Below, in pieces: positions 18,502 to 27,442 of a stretch of 64,000 bases of DNA. The stretch is taken from positions 128,001 through 192,000 of the IMG/VR virus record IMGVR_UViG_3300034053_000029; one strand, 5' to 3'. The stretch is from a virus. Taxonomy: Duplodnaviria; Caudoviricetes. A model generated the notes under the pieces. That model was not told the DNA's origin and ran no database searches. It worked only from the letters and a program-made list of their open reading frames with translations. Every line of letters starts with the position of its first letter. Position 1 is the first letter of the stretch. The position numbers and the translations under genes were made by a program.

Positions 18502-18813
18502 TTATTCTGTACGAGACATACCAGATAATTCGTCTCTATCATCTGCTCGTTTAGGTAATGCTCCTGTATGTTTGGTTATGCTATGAATTTTTCCGTATAC
18601 ATTCTTACCACCACCACCATATTGACTATGAAGATGTGTTGTCATCGCAGAAAGATGTTCATCATCACCAACTTTACCACCTTCTAATGGGTCTGGTCCA
18701 CTAACAACTCTTGTGTTTTTCTTGTCTCCATGAGTAACAATGTAATTTGAGTGATCACGGAATTTTTCCGTTATAACTTGTCTGATTGCTTCGTGTAGTG
18801 AGTCAAAGTTCAT
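18502..18813 (-). CDS. Hypothetical His-rich protein, possible internal head protein
   Basis: Own late promoter and AAGGA RBS; N-terminus MNFDSLHEAIRQVITE; 8 His in 103 aa. Confidence 0.6.
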   Translation of the reverse strand: MNFDSLHEAIRQVITEKFRDHSNYIVTHGDKKNTRVVSGPDPLEGGKVGDDEHLSAMTTHLHSQYGGGGKNVYGKIHSITKHTGALPKRADDRDELSGMSRTE

Positions 18814-18837
18814 GATAATTCCTTTATGTGTATCGTA

Positions 18838-18845
18838 TATTTATT
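18838..18845 (-). promoter_or_regulatory. Late promoter AATAAATA
   Basis: Overlaps the stop of the upstream gene; RBS follows. Confidence 0.55.
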
Positions 18846-20208
18846 ACTTACTGTCTATAGAAAATACTTTTCCACGAATCGTTGTTCCGCCATCCCTTGT
18901 GTAAAATGTCAAAATATCAACCCCATCTGAAGTCAATGTAGGAATGGTGCCACCATCCCATTTTGTATTGGCAAACCATGTTTGAGCAAATAAACCACCA
19001 TTCGTCAATTCGACAGTCCATGACGCAATTGTTCCACTTGATGGTAATCCAGTAATTGCCCATGATGTTACTGCAGTAGCACAAGTTGCATAATAAACAG
19101 CATCTGGTGAATATGCGATTGTCGTAGTTCCACTTGGAGTATATGAAGCAGCAACGGATGATGTACTATGTTTATGAACATCCATCTTGTTTAGGATGGT
19201 GTGCATGTTTGTGTCTGTGTTATCAAAGAACCCAACAAACGGCGCAACATCGACAATGATTTGGTCATCAGTCACTCCAGCAGCAAGTATTCTTGTCAAT
19301 ATTTTTCCATTTACGGCATGTGAATGTGCTACCGCACCAACAGCAACCGGATTGTTTGGTGCACTCGGTTTTGTTTTTGTCATCGCCCCTGGTGTTGATG
19401 GATGTAAGAATAGCACATCACCGTCATTCCAAGTTTCACCAACTGCAGACCCCGTTGTATTTAAATTGTGCAATATACCACTAGTAGTAACAACACCAAA
19501 AGCATTGTTTGTCATATCTGATGTGGCGATACCCAATACATCATAATTTGAATCTGTACTTGCTACCGCTAATGATATTGTTGGTGTTTGTCCTGACGCA
19601 CCACTTAATTTTACTACTTGACCATCAACAATAGTAGACCCCGAGGTATTTTTAACCTTTATCCACTGCTCAAATCCAATCTGCATAGAAGAACCAGAGA
19701 TGTCAGAATAATATGACAATGCCTTTTTATCGGTGTCATACCAAATTCTACCTTCTTGATATGCTGGTGCGATAACAGATGTGAAATTCAAATGATTTGT
19801 TATTGACCCATTCGACTCATCCACTTTCAAATCTAATGCAGTTTGGGTTGCCGACGAAACTGGTTTATTTGCATCTGAAGTATTATCGACGTTGCTAAGA
19901 CCGACATCTGATTTAGTGACCCCATGAGGATTACCTGTAGTTCCAATATGTGTCTGAATGTTCGCATTTGCTGGTTCATATGAGTGAGAGTGTACTGTTG
20001 GTGCATATGTTCCATCGTGATTATGTCCTGTTGCTGATTTTCCGCTTAATGCAGAATTCAAATCAGTTTGGTCTGCTAAAGTACCGGTAATGTCTCCCCA
20101 TACAAGATTTCCATCACCTGCTGGTCCTTGAACGCCTTGCGGTCCTTGAGTCCCAACAGTAACGACTGTAGTGACACCATTTTGCGAAATAACCGTAGTT
20201 TCACTCAT
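18844..20208 (-). CDS. Fibre-like virion structural protein
   Basis: Collagen-like GTQGPQGVQGPAG, WGDITGTL.DQTDL, H.H repeats, GVTKSDVGL.NVDNTSDANKPVS, C-terminal WDGGT.PTLT..GVDILTFYT.DGG domain. Confidence 0.8.
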   Translation of the reverse strand: MSETTVISQNGVTTVVTVGTQGPQGVQGPAGDGNLVWGDITGTLADQTDLNSALSGKSATGHNHDGTYAPTVHSHSYEPANANIQTHIGTTGNPHGVTKSDVGLSNVDNTSDANKPVSSATQTALDLKVDESNGSITNHLNFTSVIAPAYQEGRIWYDTDKKALSYYSDISGSSMQIGFEQWIKVKNTSGSTIVDGQVVKLSGASGQTPTISLAVASTDSNYDVLGIATSDMTNNAFGVVTTSGILHNLNTTGSAVGETWNDGDVLFLHPSTPGAMTKTKPSAPNNPVAVGAVAHSHAVNGKILTRILAAGVTDDQIIVDVAPFVGFFDNTDTNMHTILNKMDVHKHSTSSVAASYTPSGTTTIAYSPDAVYYATCATAVTSWAITGLPSSGTIASWTVELTNGGLFAQTWFANTKWDGGTIPTLTSDGVDILTFYTRDGGTTIRGKVFSIDSK

Positions 20209-20549
20209 CTCGTTACTTCCTTAGAAACTTTGACTTTACCCTCAACCAATCGAGTGACGGTTGATCCGATAACTACTTCAAGGTCATATACCCCTTTTAC
20301 CCATGTCATTGCAGCAGTATCAGTAGCAGAAATTTCCAAATGAATTTTCCCATCAGTACCCACAGGGATCGAAAGGCGATCATTTTCCGTAGTCAATTCG
20401 ATTAGCACTTCTCCATCAATACTATCTCTAACTTGCATCCTTGCGGTTGCTCCAGTTAGGTTAATGGCAACATCAAGTTCATCCTTCCACGTTAGTACAT
20501 GAGTGAATGTAGCACCTTGTTCAATTGATAAATTTAATTTTCCTGCCAT
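20205..20549 (-). CDS. Small Ig-like virion protein (BppU/LtfC-like N-terminal fold)
   Basis: NLSIEQGATF, NLTGATARMQVR, GVYDLEV...VTRLVEGKVKVS.EVTR. Confidence 0.7.
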   Translation of the reverse strand: MAGKLNLSIEQGATFTHVLTWKDELDVAINLTGATARMQVRDSIDGEVLIELTTENDRLSIPVGTDGKIHLEISATDTAAMTWVKGVYDLEVVIGSTVTRLVEGKVKVSKEVTR

Positions 20550-20966
20550 TTATTTTCTCCAAAATGCTTTAACCTTGATTTCTTTCGTCAATACACTATT
20601 TATGGTTGCTATGACATCTACAATAGATGTGTTCATTCTTCTAAACGATGCAAACACTTTTTCTAACGATGCTGCCATTAAGTAACTAACTGTTCTTCTC
20701 TGCTCCCATGTCTTACCTTTATGCTTTACTCTAACGATAATCTCATACGGACCTTCCCACGGTGTTTCAATGAATGGAGGTCTAACAATTCCTCCACCAC
20801 CTGCACCTTGTGGATTCTGAGGTACGATCTCAATTTCAATCGAACAACCAAATCCATTCGTTGCCATATTGAACGTAGAGAATCCTGGATAGATTCCCAT
20901 CGTAGCAATCTGCAAATGCTCCTGACAGACCGATTCAGATTCATTATGAAATACACCTAATAGCAT
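20550..20966 (-). CDS. Hypothetical virion-module protein
   Basis: ORF packed between structural genes; IATMG/ATNGF repeat and GGGG linker. Confidence 0.6.
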   Translation of the reverse strand: MLLGVFHNESESVCQEHLQIATMGIYPGFSTFNMATNGFGCSIEIEIVPQNPQGAGGGGIVRPPFIETPWEGPYEIIVRVKHKGKTWEQRRTVSYLMAASLEKVFASFRRMNTSIVDVIATINSVLTKEIKVKAFWRK

Positions 20967-20975
20967 GATTGGTTA

Positions 20976-22457
20976 TCAGATTTCCTCACCCCAACCAAGA
21001 ACCACTTCACTTGATCCGGCAGTGGAATCGTTGGTCACAATAAGGTAATCACCACGAACCAAATTCAATTCTAAATGACTATACGACAACTCTATAGATA
21101 CTCTAGCACCTGCTTCCACAGTAATCGCACGAATAAACTCAAGATTTGCCACGGTTACTGCCGTTGCTCTTACTGCACTCACATTCATGTCAGTTGAATC
21201 GGATTGAACGAATGAATGTTTACCACCATATCCTGCAACTAAAGTTTCACCTGTAATATCAGCAGCACTTCGAGTACGCCATAATTTAAACGTGCATTTC
21301 TTAGTGTTATGAACTGATAATGTTCTCAAATGAATAGTGCGAGTATTAACTAACGTACCAATTAAAAGAGGATTATGAACAACTAAAACTGGTTTATCTG
21401 CACCAGTAGTCGCTACTGCTTGTGAATAGGCTGATCCCCATTGTTCTGGCGTCTCTTTACCATTCTCAGATGTTATATCTACGCAACCAATTATAAGAGA
21501 GCAATTGGCAACTGCTGCATTTGCTGTGGTTGCTTTGAATGCTATAGGTAGAGCAGGATTACTCATACTTAATGCAGTAAGAGTCCCCAACAAAGACATA
21601 GTATGAACATGAATGTTGTTGATGAAGAACTTATAATTTCCCATTCCACGCCATTGATATTGAATATCGTAAGTGTTACCCGCTTCAACATTGAATCCTG
21701 GAACTCCTGCAGTACTAATTAGTTGCTCTGCTACTTCAACGGTTAGCGATCTGCGTACTGCGTATAACAAACCATCTGCTTTTAGGCGAAAGAATATACC
21801 CGCATCAATGTTTTGAACACCCCACTCTCTAACACATCCTGTTGCAGTCTTGCTTGGACAAATCAGTGCAGTTGAAAACAAATGACCACGATTGGGTTGA
21901 TATGGTGGGCACACTCTAGATTCAAGTAATAAATTTGTTTTTCCTGTTGATGTAGTAAGAACTGCTGCTCCACCTGTAGATACGATGTTAGTAGAGGTGT
22001 AAACTTGTACGCCACCTTCGTATGTAAACCACATTTTTGTTGGTATGTCAAAAGTGAACATCCCATGAAATAGCGAGAACGGAAGAGACATTTTCTGAAC
22101 ACCCCAAGCATCTTCCGTAAGATCACCAGAACCTAGAGTGCCACTAATAGGAACAGGTGTTGCTCTCAATTGAGCATCGGTCAATGGTCCTGAGACTGGT
22201 TGTGTCGCTTGATAAAACGATCCAGAAACAGGAACTGCTGCTGCTCTCAATTGTGCATCTGTCAATGGTTGCGATAACCCAGTATTGGCAGTAACTGTGC
22301 CGGAAACAGGCAATGGATTGGTAGCACTAATGTCACCATCATTCACTCCATCATCACCATGAATCAGTTTTACTCTCTGGTATTTTGCACCGGCAATCTC
22401 ATCTGCTGCAATGACTGCTCCACCAATACCAGGATTTAGGGTTACATTATCTGCCAT
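20976..22457 (-). CDS. Virion structural protein with PLTDAQLRA repeats
   Basis: MADNVTLNPG.GGAVIAADEI; QPLTDAQLRAAAVPVSG / GPLTDAQLRATPVPISG; lectin-like YQPNRG..F.TA domain. Confidence 0.75.
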   Translation of the reverse strand: MADNVTLNPGIGGAVIAADEIAGAKYQRVKLIHGDDGVNDGDISATNPLPVSGTVTANTGLSQPLTDAQLRAAAVPVSGSFYQATQPVSGPLTDAQLRATPVPISGTLGSGDLTEDAWGVQKMSLPFSLFHGMFTFDIPTKMWFTYEGGVQVYTSTNIVSTGGAAVLTTSTGKTNLLLESRVCPPYQPNRGHLFSTALICPSKTATGCVREWGVQNIDAGIFFRLKADGLLYAVRRSLTVEVAEQLISTAGVPGFNVEAGNTYDIQYQWRGMGNYKFFINNIHVHTMSLLGTLTALSMSNPALPIAFKATTANAAVANCSLIIGCVDITSENGKETPEQWGSAYSQAVATTGADKPVLVVHNPLLIGTLVNTRTIHLRTLSVHNTKKCTFKLWRTRSAADITGETLVAGYGGKHSFVQSDSTDMNVSAVRATAVTVANLEFIRAITVEAGARVSIELSYSHLELNLVRGDYLIVTNDSTAGSSEVVLGWGEEI

Positions 22458-22467
22458 TTTTCACTTT

Positions 22468-23019
22468 CTATTTTGCCCTAGCTACGACGTATGTATTTTT
22501 CAAATGATTTTTAACTGTATGTTTATCTTTCTTTTTTGGAACTTCATCACCATACTCATTGTCTGGTTTCTCAATTTGCTTTCTACCTTTGTGATATGTT
22601 AATTGAGTATCTGACATTTCACCAACTCTATCCATAACAGTTTTTCCACCTTCAGAATACTCATCTGAACCAATTGCTTTGATGCCTTGCTTATGAATGA
22701 GGTGATGAATGAGGTGATGCATCTTCATTGATCCATCAGACTTTTCATGTTTAGACATGGCATCTATACTTAGATGACCTTCATGTTCCTCGCCCCATAT
22801 TGAAAGATCATTCACTTTTGTCTTCTTATTCTTTGCCCAATATACGGTTTGGTCATGAATATTGGTTCCTCTATGGATAGTATGAGTATCGGTCTCACCA
22901 ATCTTCTTATGATCAAGATTCCAGTTTTCATCTTTTTTAGAGACATTCCAATCCATATTTTTTGGGATGTTTTTGTTTATGAATGCCATTTCTGAAATAT
23001 ATTCTTTAAAGGTTATCAT
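22468..23019 (-). CDS. Putative internal head protein with capsid-targeting sequence
   Basis: N-terminus MITFKEYISE resembles T4 IPIII MKTYQEFIAE; about 15 His in 183 aa. Confidence 0.7.
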   Translation of the reverse strand: MITFKEYISEMAFINKNIPKNMDWNVSKKDENWNLDHKKIGETDTHTIHRGTNIHDQTVYWAKNKKTKVNDLSIWGEEHEGHLSIDAMSKHEKSDGSMKMHHLIHHLIHKQGIKAIGSDEYSEGGKTVMDRVGEMSDTQLTYHKGRKQIEKPDNEYGDEVPKKKDKHTVKNHLKNTYVVARAK

Positions 23020-23021
23020 GA

Positions 23022-25442
23022 TTACACCCTTTGTACCGTTGTTTGTTCTGTATTAGTGGTTATTGATTGTGTTATGTCACCTGCGAATCTACCTGTCTTG
23101 GTTACAATGAGTGGTTTCGCTGGATCAAGTCCCATCATATTGTAGAGTTCAAGTAACATCGTCGCCTGAGTACCAGTCAATCCAGGGTTGCTACTAAGTG
23201 TCATAATATGAGCAAGTTCTGGAGTCAATTCGGTTCTAACTGCATCTGCCAATGCACCATAATCAACACCACCAGATGAAGCGGTATTGAGTTTATTTCC
23301 AAATGTTCCTACATCGTTGTAATCGGCGGCAACTGAATTCCAAATGTCATCAGGAATCGTATCACCACGACTACTTACCATAGCAAATTGTGCAGCAGGA
23401 TCAACAAACACTTCATTTTCTGGTGCAGAAGTTCCTGTTGGGAATGTCTTATTATCTCTGATGAAGTTATCAAACAGAATCATCGTTCTTTGAGTGTTTG
23501 GTCCTATGTTGATACCATAATCGCTATTATTCTGAATGCGTGATGCTGATACCACATTCAATCGTGTCGAGTTTGAACTTGTGCCAGTAAATTTGATACC
23601 GCATCCACGGTTGTAGTAGATGTTGCAATTATCGAAGCGAACTTCTCTTGGTGATCCTTCTCCTGCTATTGGTGCATCCGTAAATCGGACACCATCCGAT
23701 CCAAATTTCTCAATCTCACAACCGAATACTTTATGATAATCGCCACCCTTGAAATGCACACCAACACCGGTTCCTATTGCCGAACCACCACCGGTATCTG
23801 GTCCTACGATATACATATTCTCAAGTCGAGTAAATTTCGCATTGACCACGATACCATCTTCTGATCCGTTTGCCGAAGTTTTTAGGTAGATACCATTCAA
23901 TGAGCAATTGTTTGCTGTGATATTGATAACAGGATCAGCAGTAATGGTACTTGGTTGAATCATAATACCACGACCTGGTGCACGAATATGCACATCTTCT
24001 TTATTCATTACAATTCGTTCATCGAGTGGAGTTCCAACAGCACCTGGTGATAACAAGAAGATAACGTCACCACGACCAGACACCGCTTTACCGATAGCAG
24101 CAGTAATCGTTTTCAATGGAGAAGCAGGTGAATTTCCTGGTGCCAAATCCGTACCATTTATGTGATCTACATACCAACGTGATCCGAATCCTTGGTGTGA
24201 TTGACGTAGCGATTCCACATCAAGTTTTGCTTGTTCTGCAACTGCTGCTGCGAAACCTGACGCATCAACTTCCGTACCTAATGAATAATTGACAAGCGTT
24301 CCGAATCCTGTAACCGTGATCTTCCCTTTGGTGCAAGTCGAATCAACGGTAACAGTTCCACCATTCAAGTGAATCCATACTTGACCAGATTGAGTAGCAT
24401 GATTTTGATTGATGAATTTGATACGTCCATGAAATCCATCAAACGTCATATTCAGGCGAGCGCCGTTACGATCAATAATTGCCGTACCTTCGTCCGAATA
24501 GCAATCTTTGAAATATGACGCATGACCATTAGATACTGCTGATGTTTGACGAATCGTATATGTTAGTGTGGATGGAGTAAGCAAACCGCATCGTTCATAG
24601 AAACAATGTGCATTATCTAACCCATCAATAATACAATCGTGATAAATCGACTCACCACCTTGATATCCAGTGATTCTACAATGTGTCCAATGGGAATTTG
24701 TGGTGACACAACCAGAAGTCAAAGTGACTAAGGTTCTTGTAACATTCAATGTGGCACCGTCACCCTCAAATCTCAGCGCAGTAAGATTACCACCGGATGA
24801 GTCGGTCGCTGTTGATGGAACCGTGAGATTTCCACGAATGTAAAAATTATCGAAACCTCTTGTTGTAGCAATGGTTTTCGCATCTGCGATATTGTTTACT
24901 GGAACTTTGAATGTTCCGATTGGGTATGCCGTACCTGATGTTGCAACCGTGGAAACATTGCCTTGGTCAATGGTAATTTCACCATTGAATGCTGCTTGTT
25001 CGATTTCAGCAATTTGTGCCAATGAAGAATCGACAAGGGATGATACTTGCAATTCGATGGTGACGCTGTAATTACCAACAGCAGGTAGGAACGGAGAAGA
25101 ACCGGAAGGGTCTGTATAAAGGTTTCCATTGACGGTTAGTCGATGATCGCCAGAATATGGACGAATACGCCAACCATTAGTTAAGAAGTACGTCGAACCA
25201 AGAGTTTTTGTGTCACTAATTGCGTCACCGCCCACTGCTCGCATGGCAGGTAAGTACTTTACGTTATCACTAACTAGTACCCATTCTTTCCAAGCAGAAT
25301 ATATGTCTTGAACTTCAACTAAAGTGACACCAACAGAGATTTCTATGACCTTATCATTGCCATAGAAAGTAAAATCTCTAATAGTATCGAATTCGGATAT
25401 GTAACCTGCAGCAACATATCCAGTTGAGACATAATTACTCAT
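23022..25442 (-). CDS. Virion structural protein with right-handed beta-helix (pectin lyase-like) domains
   Basis: VQDIYSAWKEW, GDAIS....LG.TYFL.NGWRIRP; YVDHINGTD...G.SP..PLKTI..A; parallel beta-helix repeats. Confidence 0.75.
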   Translation of the reverse strand: MSNYVSTGYVAAGYISEFDTIRDFTFYGNDKVIEISVGVTLVEVQDIYSAWKEWVLVSDNVKYLPAMRAVGGDAISDTKTLGSTYFLTNGWRIRPYSGDHRLTVNGNLYTDPSGSSPFLPAVGNYSVTIELQVSSLVDSSLAQIAEIEQAAFNGEITIDQGNVSTVATSGTAYPIGTFKVPVNNIADAKTIATTRGFDNFYIRGNLTVPSTATDSSGGNLTALRFEGDGATLNVTRTLVTLTSGCVTTNSHWTHCRITGYQGGESIYHDCIIDGLDNAHCFYERCGLLTPSTLTYTIRQTSAVSNGHASYFKDCYSDEGTAIIDRNGARLNMTFDGFHGRIKFINQNHATQSGQVWIHLNGGTVTVDSTCTKGKITVTGFGTLVNYSLGTEVDASGFAAAVAEQAKLDVESLRQSHQGFGSRWYVDHINGTDLAPGNSPASPLKTITAAIGKAVSGRGDVIFLLSPGAVGTPLDERIVMNKEDVHIRAPGRGIMIQPSTITADPVINITANNCSLNGIYLKTSANGSEDGIVVNAKFTRLENMYIVGPDTGGGSAIGTGVGVHFKGGDYHKVFGCEIEKFGSDGVRFTDAPIAGEGSPREVRFDNCNIYYNRGCGIKFTGTSSNSTRLNVVSASRIQNNSDYGINIGPNTQRTMILFDNFIRDNKTFPTGTSAPENEVFVDPAAQFAMVSSRGDTIPDDIWNSVAADYNDVGTFGNKLNTASSGGVDYGALADAVRTELTPELAHIMTLSSNPGLTGTQATMLLELYNMMGLDPAKPLIVTKTGRFAGDITQSITTNTEQTTVQRV

Positions 25443-25452
25443 GCCTCATTCC

Positions 25453-26175
25453 TTAGACAGCATAAAATGATGGAGAAGGAGATTTGTTCTTCGTCGCTAA
25501 GTTTGAACTTTGATAATGTAAATCAATTGTTATGATGGCAGGTTCATTTATTGTACCACCTGTAATCGTTGGAATCGTCGCAACTTCGAAGTGGAACAAA
25601 AAGATTCCATCGACCTCAATCAAATTGGTATTGAGTTGATTTGGTCCAGGTGTTGATGATGTCAATTGAATTTCATCCACACGGTGATGATATTGTGGGC
25701 AATTACCAATAGTCAAGCCAGGTATTGTAATCGTAGGTGCAATCTCAGCAGAGAAGTTTGCTTGCTGATGACCTTTTGCGTAAGTGGTGAATACGTTTAT
25801 GACAAAGTTTCCACTTATGCTTGTACCATTATGTGTCCAGTGAGCATGAAGGTGCATATCTGTACCAGGGACATAATCGTGTGGTACATGGAATACGCAA
25901 TCTGAATCATCACCAACAGAATAAAACCATACACGAACTTTTCCACCACTTCTCAATTCGGAACAAGTTGGTGGACTTGCTGCTGTTGCTCTTGATAGTT
26001 CTCCGGTCAAATCATGCCAACCGAATACCGGTGTGCCTAATGAATCGACTTTGATGCCAGTGCCGCTAACACCAGTGACTAAAGGATTTACCCCATCCCT
26101 TAGATCAGTAAAATTGGTGTCTAAATCGTTATGGGTAAGTTCAGACCCTTTACCTGCTCTTGTTGTGATTGCCAT
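25453..26175 (-). CDS. Virion structural protein
   Basis: MAITTRAGKGSELTHNDLDTNFTDL N-terminus typical of fibre genes; HVPHDY.PGTD.HLH.HW jelly-roll-like core. Confidence 0.72.
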   Translation of the reverse strand: MAITTRAGKGSELTHNDLDTNFTDLRDGVNPLVTGVSGTGIKVDSLGTPVFGWHDLTGELSRATAASPPTCSELRSGGKVRVWFYSVGDDSDCVFHVPHDYVPGTDMHLHAHWTHNGTSISGNFVINVFTTYAKGHQQANFSAEIAPTITIPGLTIGNCPQYHHRVDEIQLTSSTPGPNQLNTNLIEVDGIFLFHFEVATIPTITGGTINEPAIITIDLHYQSSNLATKNKSPSPSFYAV

Positions 26176-26206
26176 TTTCTACCGTCCATAATTTACATTA
26201 TCACTA

Positions 26207-26214
26207 TATTTATT
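26207..26214 (-). promoter_or_regulatory. Late promoter AATAAATA
   Basis: Intergenic, upstream of the ATG at 26175. Confidence 0.55.
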
Positions 26215-26223
26215 CATGGTGTG

Positions 26224-26508
26224 TTAAGATGATTTCACACTCTTATGCTTCAAGATGTCCTCTTTAGGGATAAGTTTGTTCAAATCAGAAATGTATTTCT
26301 TTACAATTTTACCAGTGACAATCTTTGAGAAATCGTTTTTGTCAATATCCCATTCAATCGAAAAATCTGTTGAGTCTAATCCGTATTCACTAACATCTTG
26401 AAGATAAAATGAATAAATGTTTAGATGTTCATTTGTTGGTGTTCCCGCCTTGCATCTAAACAATGCATAACGAATTTTGCTTCTTGTCATCCCGTCTATC
26501 GCTACCAT
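26224..26508 (-). CDS. Hypothetical protein
   Basis: 94-aa ORF with GGAGGA RBS filling the gap between genes. Confidence 0.6.
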   Translation of the reverse strand: MVAIDGMTRSKIRYALFRCKAGTPTNEHLNIYSFYLQDVSEYGLDSTDFSIEWDIDKNDFSKIVTGKIVKKYISDLNKLIPKEDILKHKSVKSS

Positions 26509-26541
26509 AATAAAAATCCTCCAGAATAGGTTGTTGTATAT

Positions 26542-27363
26542 TTATTCTGTTTTTTTGATAACTCTTCCTTTTCTCCAACCTTCGGGAATTTCATCGTTTT
26601 TTGGTACAGATTTTGAATCAACTCCATTTGTTATCCAATGCTTTCCTGAGTTTGTACCAAATCTTTTTATTTTCTCTTCTGGTGTCATTTTTGCTGCATT
26701 CTCTATAAAAGTTTGTCTACTTCTTTCTCTTGCTTCTGGTGTTGTCATTGCGTCTATTCGATACTTAGTATATTCTGGATCAGCAGAAAATTCCTTTTGC
26801 TTCTCTGATCTTTGTTTTCTCCACGACTCTCTGCTAGTTATTTCTTTGTTTATCTCTGTTTGTTTTCTTCTATTTTCTTCTATTGAAAAGTATTCATTTC
26901 GTCTATTAGACTGTGCACTTCTATTCTCTTCATCGTCCCAATATTCTTGTCTGTGTTTTGTTAGTCTACTTCTAATTGCGTCATCGTCCCACATTTCTTT
27001 TGATTGTTGCGACATATGAGAAGACAAGTTTTTTCTACACATCTCGAATAAGCGACTATTACCAAATACTATCCTATTATTTTTTGTATTGGTCAGTTTC
27101 ATCATAGACAATAAGGATAGAAGCATTTTCTTTTCTGATGAAATATCATTATTTTTGAAAATTTTATATAACAAAAGGTGTGCGATATAATGTTCTTTAT
27201 GTGTCAAATTTACTACAAATTTATTTTTACCATAAATCGACTGTGGGAAGACATGGTGTGCTTCTGTTTCCCCTTGTACTTTAGTATTAAATTTCCTAGA
27301 TTCAATCAAATTAACATACCATTTTTTATACTTATTGTTAGAGAACGATTCATAACTAAACAT
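26542..27363 (-). CDS. HNH (Mob-like) homing endonuclease
   Basis: KYKKWYVNLIE, EAHHVFPQS...V.LT.KEHYIAHLLL.K; helical basic repeats; WITNG...PEGWRKGR tail. Confidence 0.88.
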   Translation of the reverse strand: MFSYESFSNNKYKKWYVNLIESRKFNTKVQGETEAHHVFPQSIYGKNKFVVNLTHKEHYIAHLLLYKIFKNNDISSEKKMLLSLLSMMKLTNTKNNRIVFGNSRLFEMCRKNLSSHMSQQSKEMWDDDAIRSRLTKHRQEYWDDEENRSAQSNRRNEYFSIEENRRKQTEINKEITSRESWRKQRSEKQKEFSADPEYTKYRIDAMTTPEARERSRQTFIENAAKMTPEEKIKRFGTNSGKHWITNGVDSKSVPKNDEIPEGWRKGRVIKKTE

Positions 27364-27433
27364 ATTAAAATTCCTTTCATCATGTTGTATCTTATATTTA
27401 TAAGAGTCACACTGTTAGAAAGGAATGTTTAAT
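27364..27433 (-). promoter_or_regulatory. RBS-sequestering hairpin enclosing a perfect late promoter TATAAATA (27395-27402)
   Basis: 15-bp inverted repeat with one bulge: 27364-27378 versus 27418-27433. Confidence 0.75.
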
Positions 27434-27442
27434 TAAATAAAA

